From: the human T2T-CHM13v2.0 reference genome, Homo sapiens
Assembly (NCBI RefSeq): GCF_009914755.1
Contig: NC_060939.1
DNA length: 64,000 nt
Strand: one strand, 5' to 3'
This document shows, piece by piece, positions 30,540 through 43,993 of this stretch. The notes beneath the pieces were generated by a model. The model saw only the letters and a list, made by a program, of their open reading frames with translations, searched no databases and had not been told where the DNA came from. The position numbers and the translations under genes are program-made. Positions within the stretch are counted from its first letter, which is position 1, and each line of letters starts with the position of its first letter.

Positions 30540-32610
30540 CTTTTTCTTATAACTTTTTATGATTTTTGAGTTATAATTTATATACAATGAAATTCACTTA
30601 AGTTTCATTTCAGTGAGTTTTGACAATTCTGTATGCTCATGTAGTCACCACCCAAAATAGATATAGAAAATCCACACACACAAACACATTATTAACCATG
30701 CAGAAGCAACCATTGATGGCTAGCACCGTAAATTAATTCGGCCTCTCCTTGTGCCTCATAGAATTGGAATCGTACAGTATGGCTTGTTTGTGTCTAGCTT
30801 CTTGCACTTTCATGTTTTCGAGGTTCTTCCATGTTGTTAGGTATGTCATAGTTCCTTCCTTATTGCTCAGTAGTATTCCGTTACAGGAATATACCACAAT
30901 TTGTGTGCACATCTTCTTCTTGTTTCCATTTTGAGGCTGCTAAGAATAAGAATGCCATGAACATTTTTATGCAGGTCATTTTTTGTGGATGTATATGCTC
31001 ATCTTCTCCCTAGAAGTGGGATTGCTAGGCCTTAGAGCAGCTGCAAATGGTGCTCTCCAGTTTTATTCTCCAATAATAGCTCCAACATATGGCACCATGT
31101 TACTCTCCTCACTCATCTGTGAGAGTTCCAGTTGTTCCATGTTTTCCCACACTTGGTAATACCAGAATTTAAAATGTTAGCCACTCCAGTGGTTTTAATT
31201 TTAATTTTCCTTATGACTGAAGTTGAGCACCTTTTTATTGGTCATTTGGATAATCCTCTTCTGAAGTGTCATTCAGGTCTTTTGCCCATTTTTATAATTG
31301 GGTTGTATATCTTGTTGGTTTGTAGGGATTCTGTATATTGTCTAGATATGGGTTATCTGTGTATCACAAATATATTTTTTTAGTCTGTTGTTTGCCTTCT
31401 CCCCTCTAAATCATATCTTTTGATTCTTAATCAAAGAGCAGAGGTTCTTAAGGAAATTTATTTTATCAGGTTTTCTATTATTACTTGCGCTTTTTATGTC
31501 CTATTTAAGAAATCGTTCTTTATCCCAAGATCGTGAAAATATTCTCCCTTGTTTTCTTCTAGGAGTTTTATTGTTTTATCTTTTGTTTTAGGTCTTTGAT
31601 CCATTTAAAATTATTTATATCTGGTGAGGGTAGAGATCAAGGATGACTGCCCCTGACCCTAGGGAAATCCAACTGGTCTATCACCATATTGAATAACCAT
31701 CTTTTGCAGTAGCACCATTATTATAAATCAGCTTACTACGAATATGTGATCTGTTCCTGGACTCTATTCTGTTCCACTGTTCTGTTTGTTTACGCTTGTA
31801 CCAATATCACAATCAGTTACTTATATAGTAAGTGTTGATATCTGATACCTGGTAGTAGGTAGCTGTTCTTCTTCAGTGCCTTGGCCGTTCTAGGTCCTTT
31901 GCATTTCCATGTGACGCTTAGAATGAGCTTCTTAGTTTATACACACATCCTCCTGGGATTTGTTTTCAGAGTGCCTTAAATCTGTAGATCACTTCAGGGA
32001 AAATTGAAATCTCAATAATGGTGAGTCTTTCAAATCATGAACATGCTATGTCTCCATTTATTTAGGCTGTCTTTGTTTTCTCTCAGCAGTGTTTTACATT
32101 TTTGTTGTAGAAATCATACAAATCTTTAATTAGATTTATTCTTAGGTATTGATGGTTTTTTATGCTATTGTAGTGGTGTTACTTGTTTAAATTTCCAATT
32201 GCTTATTGTATATAGTTATAGAAATACAACTGATTTTTGTATATTGACTTTGTATATCTAGGAGCTTGGGTAAACTTACTCACTGTAAAAGAAGAGGAGT
32301 GCATTTATAGATTCTTCTGGGCTTTCTGTATACACAGTCATGACAATCTTTATACTTTTTTTCTTACCTTATTGCTCTGTTTGATTTTTTTCTAATTCCT
32401 TTATTTTTAATTGACAAGAATTATGTGTATTTATCATGTATATGATGTTTTGACCTATCTGTACATTGTGAAATGACTAAATCAGGCTAATTAACGTGTA
32501 TTACCTCATACACTTTCATTTTTTTGTGGTGAGAACACTTAAAATCTACCTTTAGCAATTTTCAAGAATACCTTGTTATTAATTGTAGTTACCATGTTGT
32601 ACAATAGATC
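30540..32610 (-). mobile_element. Old L1 (L1M) antisense fragments
   Basis: T-rich; gaagttgagcacctttt, tagatttattcttaggtat and ttgtggtgagaacacttaaaatctac are L1-like. Confidence 0.75.
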
Positions 32611-33604
32611 TCTGTTGTTTGTTACAAGCATATATCAATTATTTTTAAATGAAAACAAGTCCTTTTATGACAGTGATAAAATAGGAGTTTTTATTTTTGG
32701 TTTAATGACCTTGTTGGGTAAAATGGAAAGTTGGCAATCCTATAATCACCAAAATTTTAAGAAGTTTAGTTGGGCCCCCAAATTTAAAACATTTGAGACC
32801 CCCTGAATTGGTTAACTTTGGACGGTGTCTCTCCTTGGGCCTCAGTTTCTTCATTGGTAAAATGAGGTTGACACATCAGTCTCTGGGACAGCCCCTGGTC
32901 CTGTAACGTCTTTGGGAAGCAGCATTTAGCCTGATAGGATTGTTCGTGGAGATACCCAGGACTGGATGTTAACGTTTTTTCTGCCTATATTGCCTGGGCT
33001 TCTCCTCACCCCAAAGGAACCATATCTTGACAGGAACAACAGAAATTAACAAACTTTAGAGCCTAAGAATTGCTGCCTGCCTCATTGAAGATATTTACCT
33101 AATCAGTCCAGATTAAACATAACAGTGGGAAGCACCAGAGGGTACCTTGAAAAATTTAACCAGAAATTTGTGTATTTCAGTTATTGGTGAGTTGAATGTA
33201 TTGCTCCTGCCATATATGAAACAAAGAGCATTGTGTGGCATTGTCTTCCAGAACATTTTTACTCCTAGAGAATGGCAAGCTAAGTAATTATAAAGGCTTA
33301 TTGTCATAGACACAAAAAGAGGCTGTTTGACTTGGGCTTGCTAGATTGTTTCCTCTGTTTTCTCTCTGGCCTGTGACATCAGAAGTTCAGTCCATGGGGG
33401 CATATGTGCATTCTAGTGCCTAGAACTGAAGGAAACAGAATTGGTTATGCCAGAACCCCAGGCTTGTTAGGATGGGAAGGAAGCTCAGCAAACTCAGTTC
33501 TATCCTGCCCCTTCATCATGCAGCCGAGCACACTGAGCCCTCTGCTGTCAAGACAGGTGCCCAGGGTTGTGCATGCCCTGATTTGTGCATCCCTTTCTCC
33601 ACAG

Positions 33605-33675
33605 TTTCCAGCCAGAGACGACACTCTTCCATGGCCCGGATACATTCCATGACAATTGAGGCGCCCATCACCAAG
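33605..33675 (+). CDS. PDE8A: PDE8A exon 13 (71 nt): VSSQRRHSSMARIHSMTIEAPITK
   Basis: ccctttctccacag| acceptor, AAG|gtgaag donor; lies within ORF 33472..33705. Confidence 0.95.
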
Positions 33676-33894
33676 GTGAAGCAGTTTGTGGTCTGTCTCC
33701 ATTGAGCACACATACTCCTTGTTCTCCCCAAGGATCATTTCCAATGAGAAGAAACAGGGACCCGCAGTAATGAGCATGCTGTCATAGTTGTGTGGTGCTA
33801 GTAGCCTCCTCTGAAGAGAGAGGATGTGTGACATGGGCATTTTAACTAGTCTTAAGTTAGTATTAAGTACTATGGCCAGACTGAGTCCTGTTGG

Positions 33895-34047
33895 GTTTTG
33901 TTTTGTTTTTGCTGTTATTTGTTTTTTAGAGATGTGCTCTCTCATTTCTGTTGCCCAGGCTAGTCTCAAACTCCTGGGCTCAAGTAATTCTCCCACCTCA
34001 GCCTCCTGAGTAGCTGGAATTACAGACACGTACTGCCATGCCTGGCT
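33895..34047 (-). mobile_element. FLAM/Alu monomer (antisense), about 55 nt upstream of exon 14
   Basis: gttgcccaggctagtctcaaactcctgggctcaagtaattctcccacctcagcctcc. Confidence 0.85.
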
Positions 34048-34100
34048 CTCCCACTGTTTTTAAGGTTATGAAACTCAAGTATTTTCTTTCCATAATGTAG

Positions 34101-34265
34101 GTAATCAATATTATCAATGCTGCCCAGGAAAGTAGTCCCATGCCTGTGACAGAAGCCCTAGACCGTGTGCTGGAAATTCTAAGAACCACTGAGTTATATT
34201 CACCACAGTTTGGTGCTAAAGATGATGATCCCCATGCCAATGACCTTGTTGGGGGCTTAATGTCT
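34101..34265 (+). CDS. PDE8A: PDE8A exon 14 (165 nt): VINIINAAQESSPMPVTEALDRVLEILRTTELYSPQF...GGLMS
   Basis: ttccataatgtag| acceptor, TCT|gtaagt donor; phase 0-0. Confidence 0.95.
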
Positions 34266-35666
34266 GTAAGTATATTTGACTAGACTCTTGGCTAGAGCCT
34301 GTCTGTTCTTGGTTGTTTTCTCAGAGGTTATTCACTTAAACAGATATTGAAGAGGCAGGCAGGGCTCTGTAGGGTTCAGTCAAGACCTAAACTCTCCTCC
34401 ATTGCCTGGGTTCTGCTATTCTCTGGCCAAGCACCCACCTGCTGCCTGCCTCCTAGGGAGAGCTTAGCTTGGAGCAGAGCAGGGAGGAATGTAATCCTGA
34501 CAGTCTGCTGAGCACCAGTTCTCCAGTGTTGCTTAGGGCTTCTACAGTAGTTTATCTAAATAAAGCTTGTTTAGTTGTATTAAAGATCTTCAAAACTGGG
34601 ACAGTGTAGAACAGAAAGATTGTCTTTCTCCCGCCATATGTATTTAAAATGGTGCCGGGGGTGCAACAGTTTGGCCTTCAAAGCATCCCACACACATTTA
34701 GATGACTGTAGGAAAGAGGGATTTGGGAATCTTTCACTAGAAGGGGGCTTTGTGTCATAGACTCTTGAGGGGTCCTGGATGCCTCCTTCAGCATGTCTGG
34801 TGTAGAGCTCTCACAAGAGAGGGACAACTTTGTGCAGCACAGATTATTCCATTGCTCTCTGTCAGCTTTTGTCTTGGTCAGAAGCAAAATCCACCTCCCT
34901 CCCAATTACTGCTTTCTGAAGTCACTGGATTTTATAAAAATAAGGTTCCAGGCAGAAATCTAGAAGGTAGAGTGTTTACAATGCTGATAATATCTCACTG
35001 TGGTCTTGCCTATTTGAGACAGGGTCTCCTCCAGACTGCAGGTAAGAGGTGAAAATGATGAGGGATGGGGGTAGGATAGTGTCCTGGAGGCGAGCAGATG
35101 AGAATAGCCACAGGACTGGAGAAAAGGGGCTGCTGAGAGTACGGGTTTGGGCCAGGTGGTCTGGAAGCAGTGGTGAGGAGCCCAGGAGAGTCAACTGTGG
35201 GGAATGAGGTCACTTATGAGGTGAGAGAGGAGCTAATGTTTCCAGGAAAGCCTCGTGTCCTCAGAGTGAGGAGGGTTGCACGAAAATGGAGGAGAAGGAC
35301 TGAGGGCAGAGCACAGTTGTCCCTAAGAAACCAAATGGTCCTGGAGTGCAAGCAAGAATGCTGGGCTTAAAGACCACCCACCCCTCAAAAGATGCAGGCT
35401 CACCTCCCGGGTGTTGACCTTGCTCCTGAGTTTAGCTTCCAACAGGGCCAGGACCATCCTTCCCAGCATTAGCCTGTTGTGCTCTCCAGTAAGTGACTGA
35501 GGTCAGTGGTCAATCACAGGGGTGGACCTGCTGGGCCCAGGGCAGCCTTGAGTGCATTGGTGGAGAGGGCTGCCCTGAGTTGTCCTGTGGGAGGACCACC
35601 TGGAGTTTCCAGGAAGGAAAGAATAGTTGTGACTTTTCTTTTTCTTGTTTCCTTGATTTTTATCAG

Positions 35667-35715
35667 GATGGTTTGCGAAGACTATCAGGGAATGAATATG
35701 TTCTTTCAACAAAAA
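35667..35715 (+). CDS. PDE8A: PDE8A exon 15 (49 nt): DGLRRLSGNEYVLSTK; Raf-1 docking motif (about R454-T465)
   Basis: gatttttatcag| acceptor, AAA|gtaagt donor; lies within ORF 35493..35756. Confidence 0.95.
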
Positions 35716-35889
35716 GTAAGTTTTTCCTTTTTAATTTCTTAGATCACTGTCTATAATACTGCAGTCTAGCTTAAGTGATGAAAATAATTTTTCACCTCAT
35801 TAAGAAGTTTCTTGGTATGTCATAAAGCCTCAGAAACAAAGCAGCTGTCCCTGAGGCGGTACTGTCCTCCCTAAGAAACAGTTAATCCT

Positions 35890-36197
<308 letters not shown>

Positions 36198-36213
36198 TTA
36201 CATCACTTTACAG

Positions 36214-36349
36214 ACACTCAAATGGTTTCAAGCAATATAATCACTCCCATCTCCCTTGATGATGTCCCACCACGGATAGCTCGGGCCATGGAAAATGAGG
36301 AATACTGGGACTTTGATATTTTTGAACTGGAGGCTGCCACCCACAATAG
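36214..36349 (+). CDS. PDE8A: PDE8A exon 16 (136 nt), start of catalytic domain: NTQMVSSNIITP...WDFDIFELEAATHN
   Basis: cactttacag| acceptor, AG|gtgagt donor; WDFDIF PDE motif. Confidence 0.95.
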
Positions 36350-37870
36350 GTGAGTTCATGCAGAGCTCAGCAGCGGGAGAACTAGATTCCCAGGGCCTGT
36401 GTGAGGAGGCTACCTGAGGAGTATGGATTGTGCACAAGCCTGGTACCTGGTCAGGGTGGGGCCCTAAGGAAGGAGTAGCAGGGCACCAGGTGGCTCTGAG
36501 TCACCAGGGCCTGGGGGAGAGTCTGCTGGCCACAGTGATGGCACATTCATGGAAAGCATGCAACTGAGCCAGTGACTTCTCCAAGTAGCACAGGACTTTT
36601 TTCTGTGAAATAAAGGTATTTCTCCTGTAGGTGGTAATATGTTAAGATTGCTGTAAGAGATCTGCTCAGAGCCTAGAACCAAAATTTATTAGAAACACAT
36701 ACACATGTGATAAGAGCTGCTCCCAGCTTTTGGTTGTTCTGTTGGTGATAGGCATAGGGACACCCAAAGCCCCAGTCATCCTCATCTGGGTGTGATCACA
36801 GAGAGTGGGAGCAGGAATGGGGTTTTGCCTTGAGTTTTTTCCCTTGCGGGAGAAGAGCTGTTAACCAAAGGTGGTAGTTGGCTGGGCACACAAGAAAGGG
36901 AGGTCCACAGAGCTGATTCCAGCCAGGACTGCCCACTAGGGTGTCTAGGCAGAGGTGTGCTCGGTTGGGCCATGGGATGGCTCCTCAGGTCTCATCTCAG
37001 TCTGGGTGACCTGTCCCCAAGATAACTCCCTGACTTTTTCAGGCTCCCCTTGAGTTAACCTTCTGATACGTTCTACTTCCCTATCTCCCAGCACAGCCAA
37101 GGAGAGTTGAAAAGAATACTCCCTGGGCACATGAGTCTTTGAGCATCTGGTTTACATGCTAGTGACATTACATCCATGTGAATTGGGCTAAGGCAGGTCA
37201 GTTTAAGTCCTGTGATCACTTCTGGATACTGCCTCAACACAGCCAGTTTCTTGGCCTTCACAGGCAAGGGCCAGATGCTGGGTCAAGGTGATTTCTCAAG
37301 TAAGAACCTAACTTGGTGGCCAGCTGGAAACCTCAGGGGAAATCCCCTCATACTTTTAACGCCCACCTCCAGAAAGGTGGGTGTTGAGAAAATTCCATTG
37401 CATACGGCAGTGTCTGGCTTATATGACATTTTCAGGAAATGTTTTCTTATAGGCAGGATGTCTGGCCAATGGCATGGGTCCAGCAAGTCCAAAGGAGAGG
37501 ATAGTGTTCAAGGTGGTACAAGCTTAGCCTGGAGAAAGGGTTATTTTGAGGAACCCACTAGTGCAAGTAGGAAGCTGAACCTGGAAGGACAGAATGAGCA
37601 AACTCCCCCCAACAAATCGGGAGCCCCAACGAGGCTGAGGTCAGAGCTGCTGTGGGCAGCCAGCTCTCACCCGTGCATCATGGTCCCCTGAGGGCAAGAA
37701 GTGGAACCAGAGTTCGTTGGCCCCACCAGAGAGAGGCCAGCACAGCCCAAGCAATCTCCACTTTGCTGCCCTGCACTCTCTGAAATTTGGCTTGGAACCT
37801 ATTCAGGCCTTAAACACTTGGCCTGTTTGTTTGCTTTGTTCTAATATTGTGGGGTTTTTTCTGTCTATAG

Positions 37871-38069
37871 GCCTTTGATTTATCTTGGTCTCAAAATGTT
37901 TGCTCGCTTTGGAATCTGTGAATTCTTACACTGCTCCGAGTCAACGCTAAGATCATGGTTACAAATTATCGAAGCCAATTATCATTCCTCCAATCCCTAC
38001 CACAATTCTACACATTCTGCTGATGTGCTTCATGCCACTGCCTATTTTCTCTCCAAGGAGAGGATAAAG
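37871..38069 (+). CDS. PDE8A: PDE8A exon 17 (199 nt): [10 protein letters not shown]...[14 protein letters not shown]...KERIK
   Basis: ctgtctatag| acceptor, AAG|gtgagc donor; YHNxxH metal-binding motif. Confidence 0.97.
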
Positions 38070-39434
38070 GTGAGCTGTTGTTTACCTGCCACATTTAATG
38101 GGCAGGAGCAGTGGGGAGAGTCTAGTGCTTCTGCCTCCACTAAGATACATAGCATGACTGCTCACGTGTGCAGCCTGGCACAGGAAGGGCAAGGTCATAC
38201 GAGGAATCAGGCAGGAGGCCACATTAGCTTTGGGAAATTGATGTGTTAATTCATGACATAATCCCAGCCATTCCATGAGGGTACAAGAGGCAGAATTTGG
38301 TCCCGGAGGAGAAACCTAACAAGGACAGGATAGGGCTATTCTTCTGGGGGTCTCACTCCAAGCCTGTACACTAGTAGAGCCAAGTAACTGTTGGATATCC
38401 CCACTTTAGGGCCTCCATCTGTACATGAAAGTCTGCAGGGCTCTAAGGTCAGGTTCATCATCTCTGTTCCCAGCACTGCTCCCACCCAGGGTTATCTACC
38501 TAATGCAGGGTTCCATTATCCAACCGGATACCCAGATTAGAAACCGAGAGTCATCCTTGGTTCTTTCCACTCCTCAACCCCCCACATCTGGTTGATCATC
38601 TGACCTTGCCTCCTGTCACACCTAAATGTTCTCAGATTCATCTCCTGCTGCTGTCCCAGTGAGGCCCCCCGCAATCCTTTCGCATCTGGGCAGTTCCAAA
38701 CTAGAATTCTTGCCTGCCCTGCCTCCCATGGAATGCCCTTACCCTACTGCCAATGTGATCTTTCTGAAACAGCATACCTGATATTGTCATTCCCAGGAGC
38801 AGCTTCCCACCTCCCTCAGGATTTAAACTTTAAACTCTACAGCTCTCCACACTCACCTCAACAATGAGCTCCTCTCATCATTTCTTCTCCTTTGTCCCAG
38901 TCACAGGCCACTTTTGGGCCATGCCAAACCACTTTAGTTTCTGAAGCTTCTGCCCTTGACCTGTTGCTCCCTTGACTGGGGCCTAAGATGACTGCAGTCA
39001 TGCAGGGCCAGGGCAAGTGGCTCCTGGCTGCATTTCCTCCTCTGTATCACGGGACTAGCATTTGGCAGAGAGCAAAGCAGAAGATGACATCTGGCACACA
39101 CAGGGAGTGAACAAGTGTTCATTCCTCACCTTGAAGGGTAAACCTTCTCAGAACTTTCCGTGCTCCCTCTGGTTCTTATTTCTGTTTTTGTTTTTTGTTT
39201 TTTTCCAGAAAAAATCAAATCAGACTGTAGGTAAAATAGGGTGTCCAGAGAAGGGGACTGTTTTCTAAATTATGAAAACAAGTAACAACAGAGGGACATC
39301 TGTGTCAATATGGCTCAGCATATAAAGAACCCAATTTTTGCTGTATTGCTTTTAAACTACTCTATAGACAACATACAAATATATATTTAGAGAGCTAACT
39401 GAAAACAGTTTATTAGAGCATTTATTGAAATGTC

Positions 39435-39722
<288 letters not shown>

Positions 39723-39829
39723 CATTTATTGAAATGTAATTCACATACCATACTATTTGCGCACTTAAAATTTAAATTATTGAATTTTAATTTAAATCAA
39801 TTTAAATAAATTTGCAAGGCTGATTTATT

Positions 39830-40660
39830 AGCTATACATCTCAAGAGTCTGTAGGGTATTTCCAAAAATGATCTTATACTGGGACATAATGTGTTGAACT
39901 TCTAAACTTCATAGGCTATATTTTCTAACCACAACACAACAAAATAGAATAACTAATGGTTAAATTTAAAATATCAGCTACAACAAATGAGAAAATATTC
40001 TGAATAATTTGGGAATCAACAAAGAAATAAAACCAAAAATGACATTAGTTAGAAAATAACAAAAATGAGCAGCTTATCTGTCAAAACCTATAGAATGAAG
40101 CCAATTATATAGTTAAAGGTTTATGTTTTAAATGCCTTAATTACTTTTAAAAGGGAAGAAAAAAAACATGGGAAAAGCAAAATGATAATCCAGTGTGGCT
40201 CTTGGAAATAACCAAGAAAATAGGTGAAGTTCTAGCCAAACTAGTTAAGATATAAAGACACAAAAATATACAAATTTACAGCAGAAAATAGAAGTACTGC
40301 ACACATATGTACTAAATCAAAAGCTTTAAAATAGTTTTAATGGAATGTTTTAAATTAAATTGATGTAAGAAGTAAAAAAACAAAAAAAAAAAAACAAAAG
40401 AGGCCAATAACATGGAAGTAATTTTAGTAATTTTTAAATTATTATTTAATTTCTTCAAAAGTTGGCTCCTGACCCAGATGGACAGGTGAATTCTTTAGCC
40501 CTTTAAGGAATTTTTCCATGTTACATAAAACTTTTCAGAGTCTTGAAAAAGATGGAAAACTTCCAGATCATTTTGTCAAACTCACAAAACTCTGACATCA
40601 ACCTGACAAAGATAGCACTAAAAGGGGGAAGAAAACTAAACCAATTCCCAGTTAATGTAA
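39830..40660 (+). mobile_element. Old L1 ORF2 fragment
   Basis: A-rich; gacccagatgg...ggtgaattct resembles the L1 PGPDGFTGEF region. Confidence 0.55.
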
Positions 40661-41038
40661 GTGGTGCCTATTTTAAATTTTATTTAAAATTGTTTCTCTC
40701 CTTTATTAATATTAGTTTATGCTGGTCTAAGTCAATATCTCAGACTAAGGACTTTTTTGGTGATGGGTCTAGAGAAAGACTGGCTGAGGAGGTGACTCCT
40801 ATCTGTTGAGAACACCTGTATTTTGGTAAGTCCTTAACTTGTGTGAGACTAACAAATATGCAGAAATATAACTGTTTCAGGGTGGAGATAGGAAAACTAG
40901 ATTTGCTCACGTAGTATGCTTTTCTTAGAAATCTGAAATATTCTTACCTGAAAGTAATAGGGGAGAAAGAAAACTATACAGAAGGCTTCCTTGCCTTCAG
41001 TGTCATACCCCAGTTTTTAAAAGCTCTCTTGTTTTCAG

Positions 41039-41256
41039 GAAACTTTAGATCCAATTGATGAGGTCGCTGCACTCATCGCAGCCACCATTCATGATGTGGA
41101 TCACCCTGGGAGAACCAACTCCTTCCTGTGTAATGCTGGAAGTGAGCTGGCCATTTTGTACAATGACACTGCTGTGCTGGAGAGCCACCATGCGGCCTTG
41201 GCCTTCCAGCTGACCACTGGAGATGATAAATGCAATATATTTAAAAACATGGAGAG
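41039..41256 (+). CDS. PDE8A: PDE8A exon 18 (218 nt): [30 protein letters not shown]...[10 protein letters not shown]...KNME
   Basis: gttttcag| acceptor, AG|gtaaga donor; PDE signature HDxxHxGxxN. Confidence 0.97.
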
Positions 41257-41370
41257 GTAAGAACAATGATTGGGAAGTGTGTTGATCCCTCTCTTTTTTA
41301 AACAGCTATATTGAGATATAATTCACATCTTATACAGTTCACCCATTTAAAGTGCACAAAGTATACAGTG

Positions 41371-42537
<1,167 letters not shown>

Positions 42538-43275
42538 GAACTTAGTGAATATCAGTTGAAGAAAGAAAAAACATTGTGTCATGAAGAATACTTATTAATA
42601 TGGATTTTTAAAGAAGAGGATTCTTGATTTTGTAAAACTCCTTTCTGCCATGTTCTAGGATTTCAGAGGTGGAGTTAAAGTAGTTTCTATTCATATTTGC
42701 TTATAGTTACATCAGTTATCAATGGAAAACTACATGAGACCCTATTAACTTTCCAGAGAAAGTTTTCTACTCAACTGCAGAAAAGGGATTGAATAGAGAC
42801 TTTGTTTCATATTCATACCCCTTCAAATTTTGAATTACATGGATTACCCCTTCAAGAAATGAATTTTTTAAAGTACTAAAATAAAAGCAAGGGTTAGAGG
42901 TGGAGGTATCAAGTACTCCCTATGATTTCGCAGCTTTCAGAAGATCGGTCCTCACATTCTATGGGCACTAAAATGGTTGGGCCTCAAGACACCTCCATGT
43001 GGGGTATATTCTTTCTAACCACAGATTTCTATCTTCATTGACAAGATAAACACTGCAACTATAAGTTTTGCCTATAGCTTTTGGTTTTAACTTCTTTTGA
43101 GGTTCTCCTTGCTAACGATCTAGGCACTAACCCCTAACTTCCATGTCTTTTTAAAATGTGCCTTGTGGCTTTCAGTGGCATTAGATTTATAGCTGCAGAG
43201 GACACATACCTGGATAACAGATTGTTTTCAGGAGTACCTGTCTGGTCTGGATCAGTAATTTGTAGCAGCCTCTAA

Positions 43276-43500
<225 letters not shown>

Positions 43501-43534
43501 TGATATCAGCCACAGAAGGGTTCCCTCAGTGAGT

Positions 43535-43567
43535 CTATTAGACTCTTACAGGGACAGAACTAATGGG

Positions 43568-43614
<47 letters not shown>

Positions 43615-43993
43615 GGGGAGTTTATTAAGTAATAACTTACACGATCACAAGGTCCCACAATAGGCTGTCTGCAAGCTGAGGAGCAAGGAGAGCCAGTCTG
43701 AGTCCCAAAACTGGAGAACTTGGAGTCTGATGTTCAAGGGCAGAGAGCATCCAGCATGGGAGAAATGTAGGCTGGGAGGCTAGGTCCATCTCTCCTTTTC
43801 ATGTTTTTCTGCCTGCTTTATATTTGATGGCAATTGATTTGATTGTGCCCACCAGATTAAGGGTGGATCTGCCTTCCCCAGCCCACTGACTCAAATGTTA
43901 ATCTCTTTTGGCAACACTCTCACAGAAACACCCAGGATCAATACTTTGTATTCTTCAATCCAATCAAGTTGACACTCAGTATTAACCATCACA
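43535..43993 (-). mobile_element. MLT2A (HERV-L) solo LTR, probably MLT2A1, with an internal (CA)n at about 43570-43612
   Basis: Ends in caagttgacactcagtattaaccatcaca; cacgatcacaaggtcccacaataggctgtctgcaagctgaggagcaagg matches MLT2A. Confidence 0.88.

Noticed and set aside
33445-34029. 194-aa minus-strand ORF, the longest in the track
   Set aside because: It starts in an Alu monomer and runs antisense across exon 13. There is no protein family signal.
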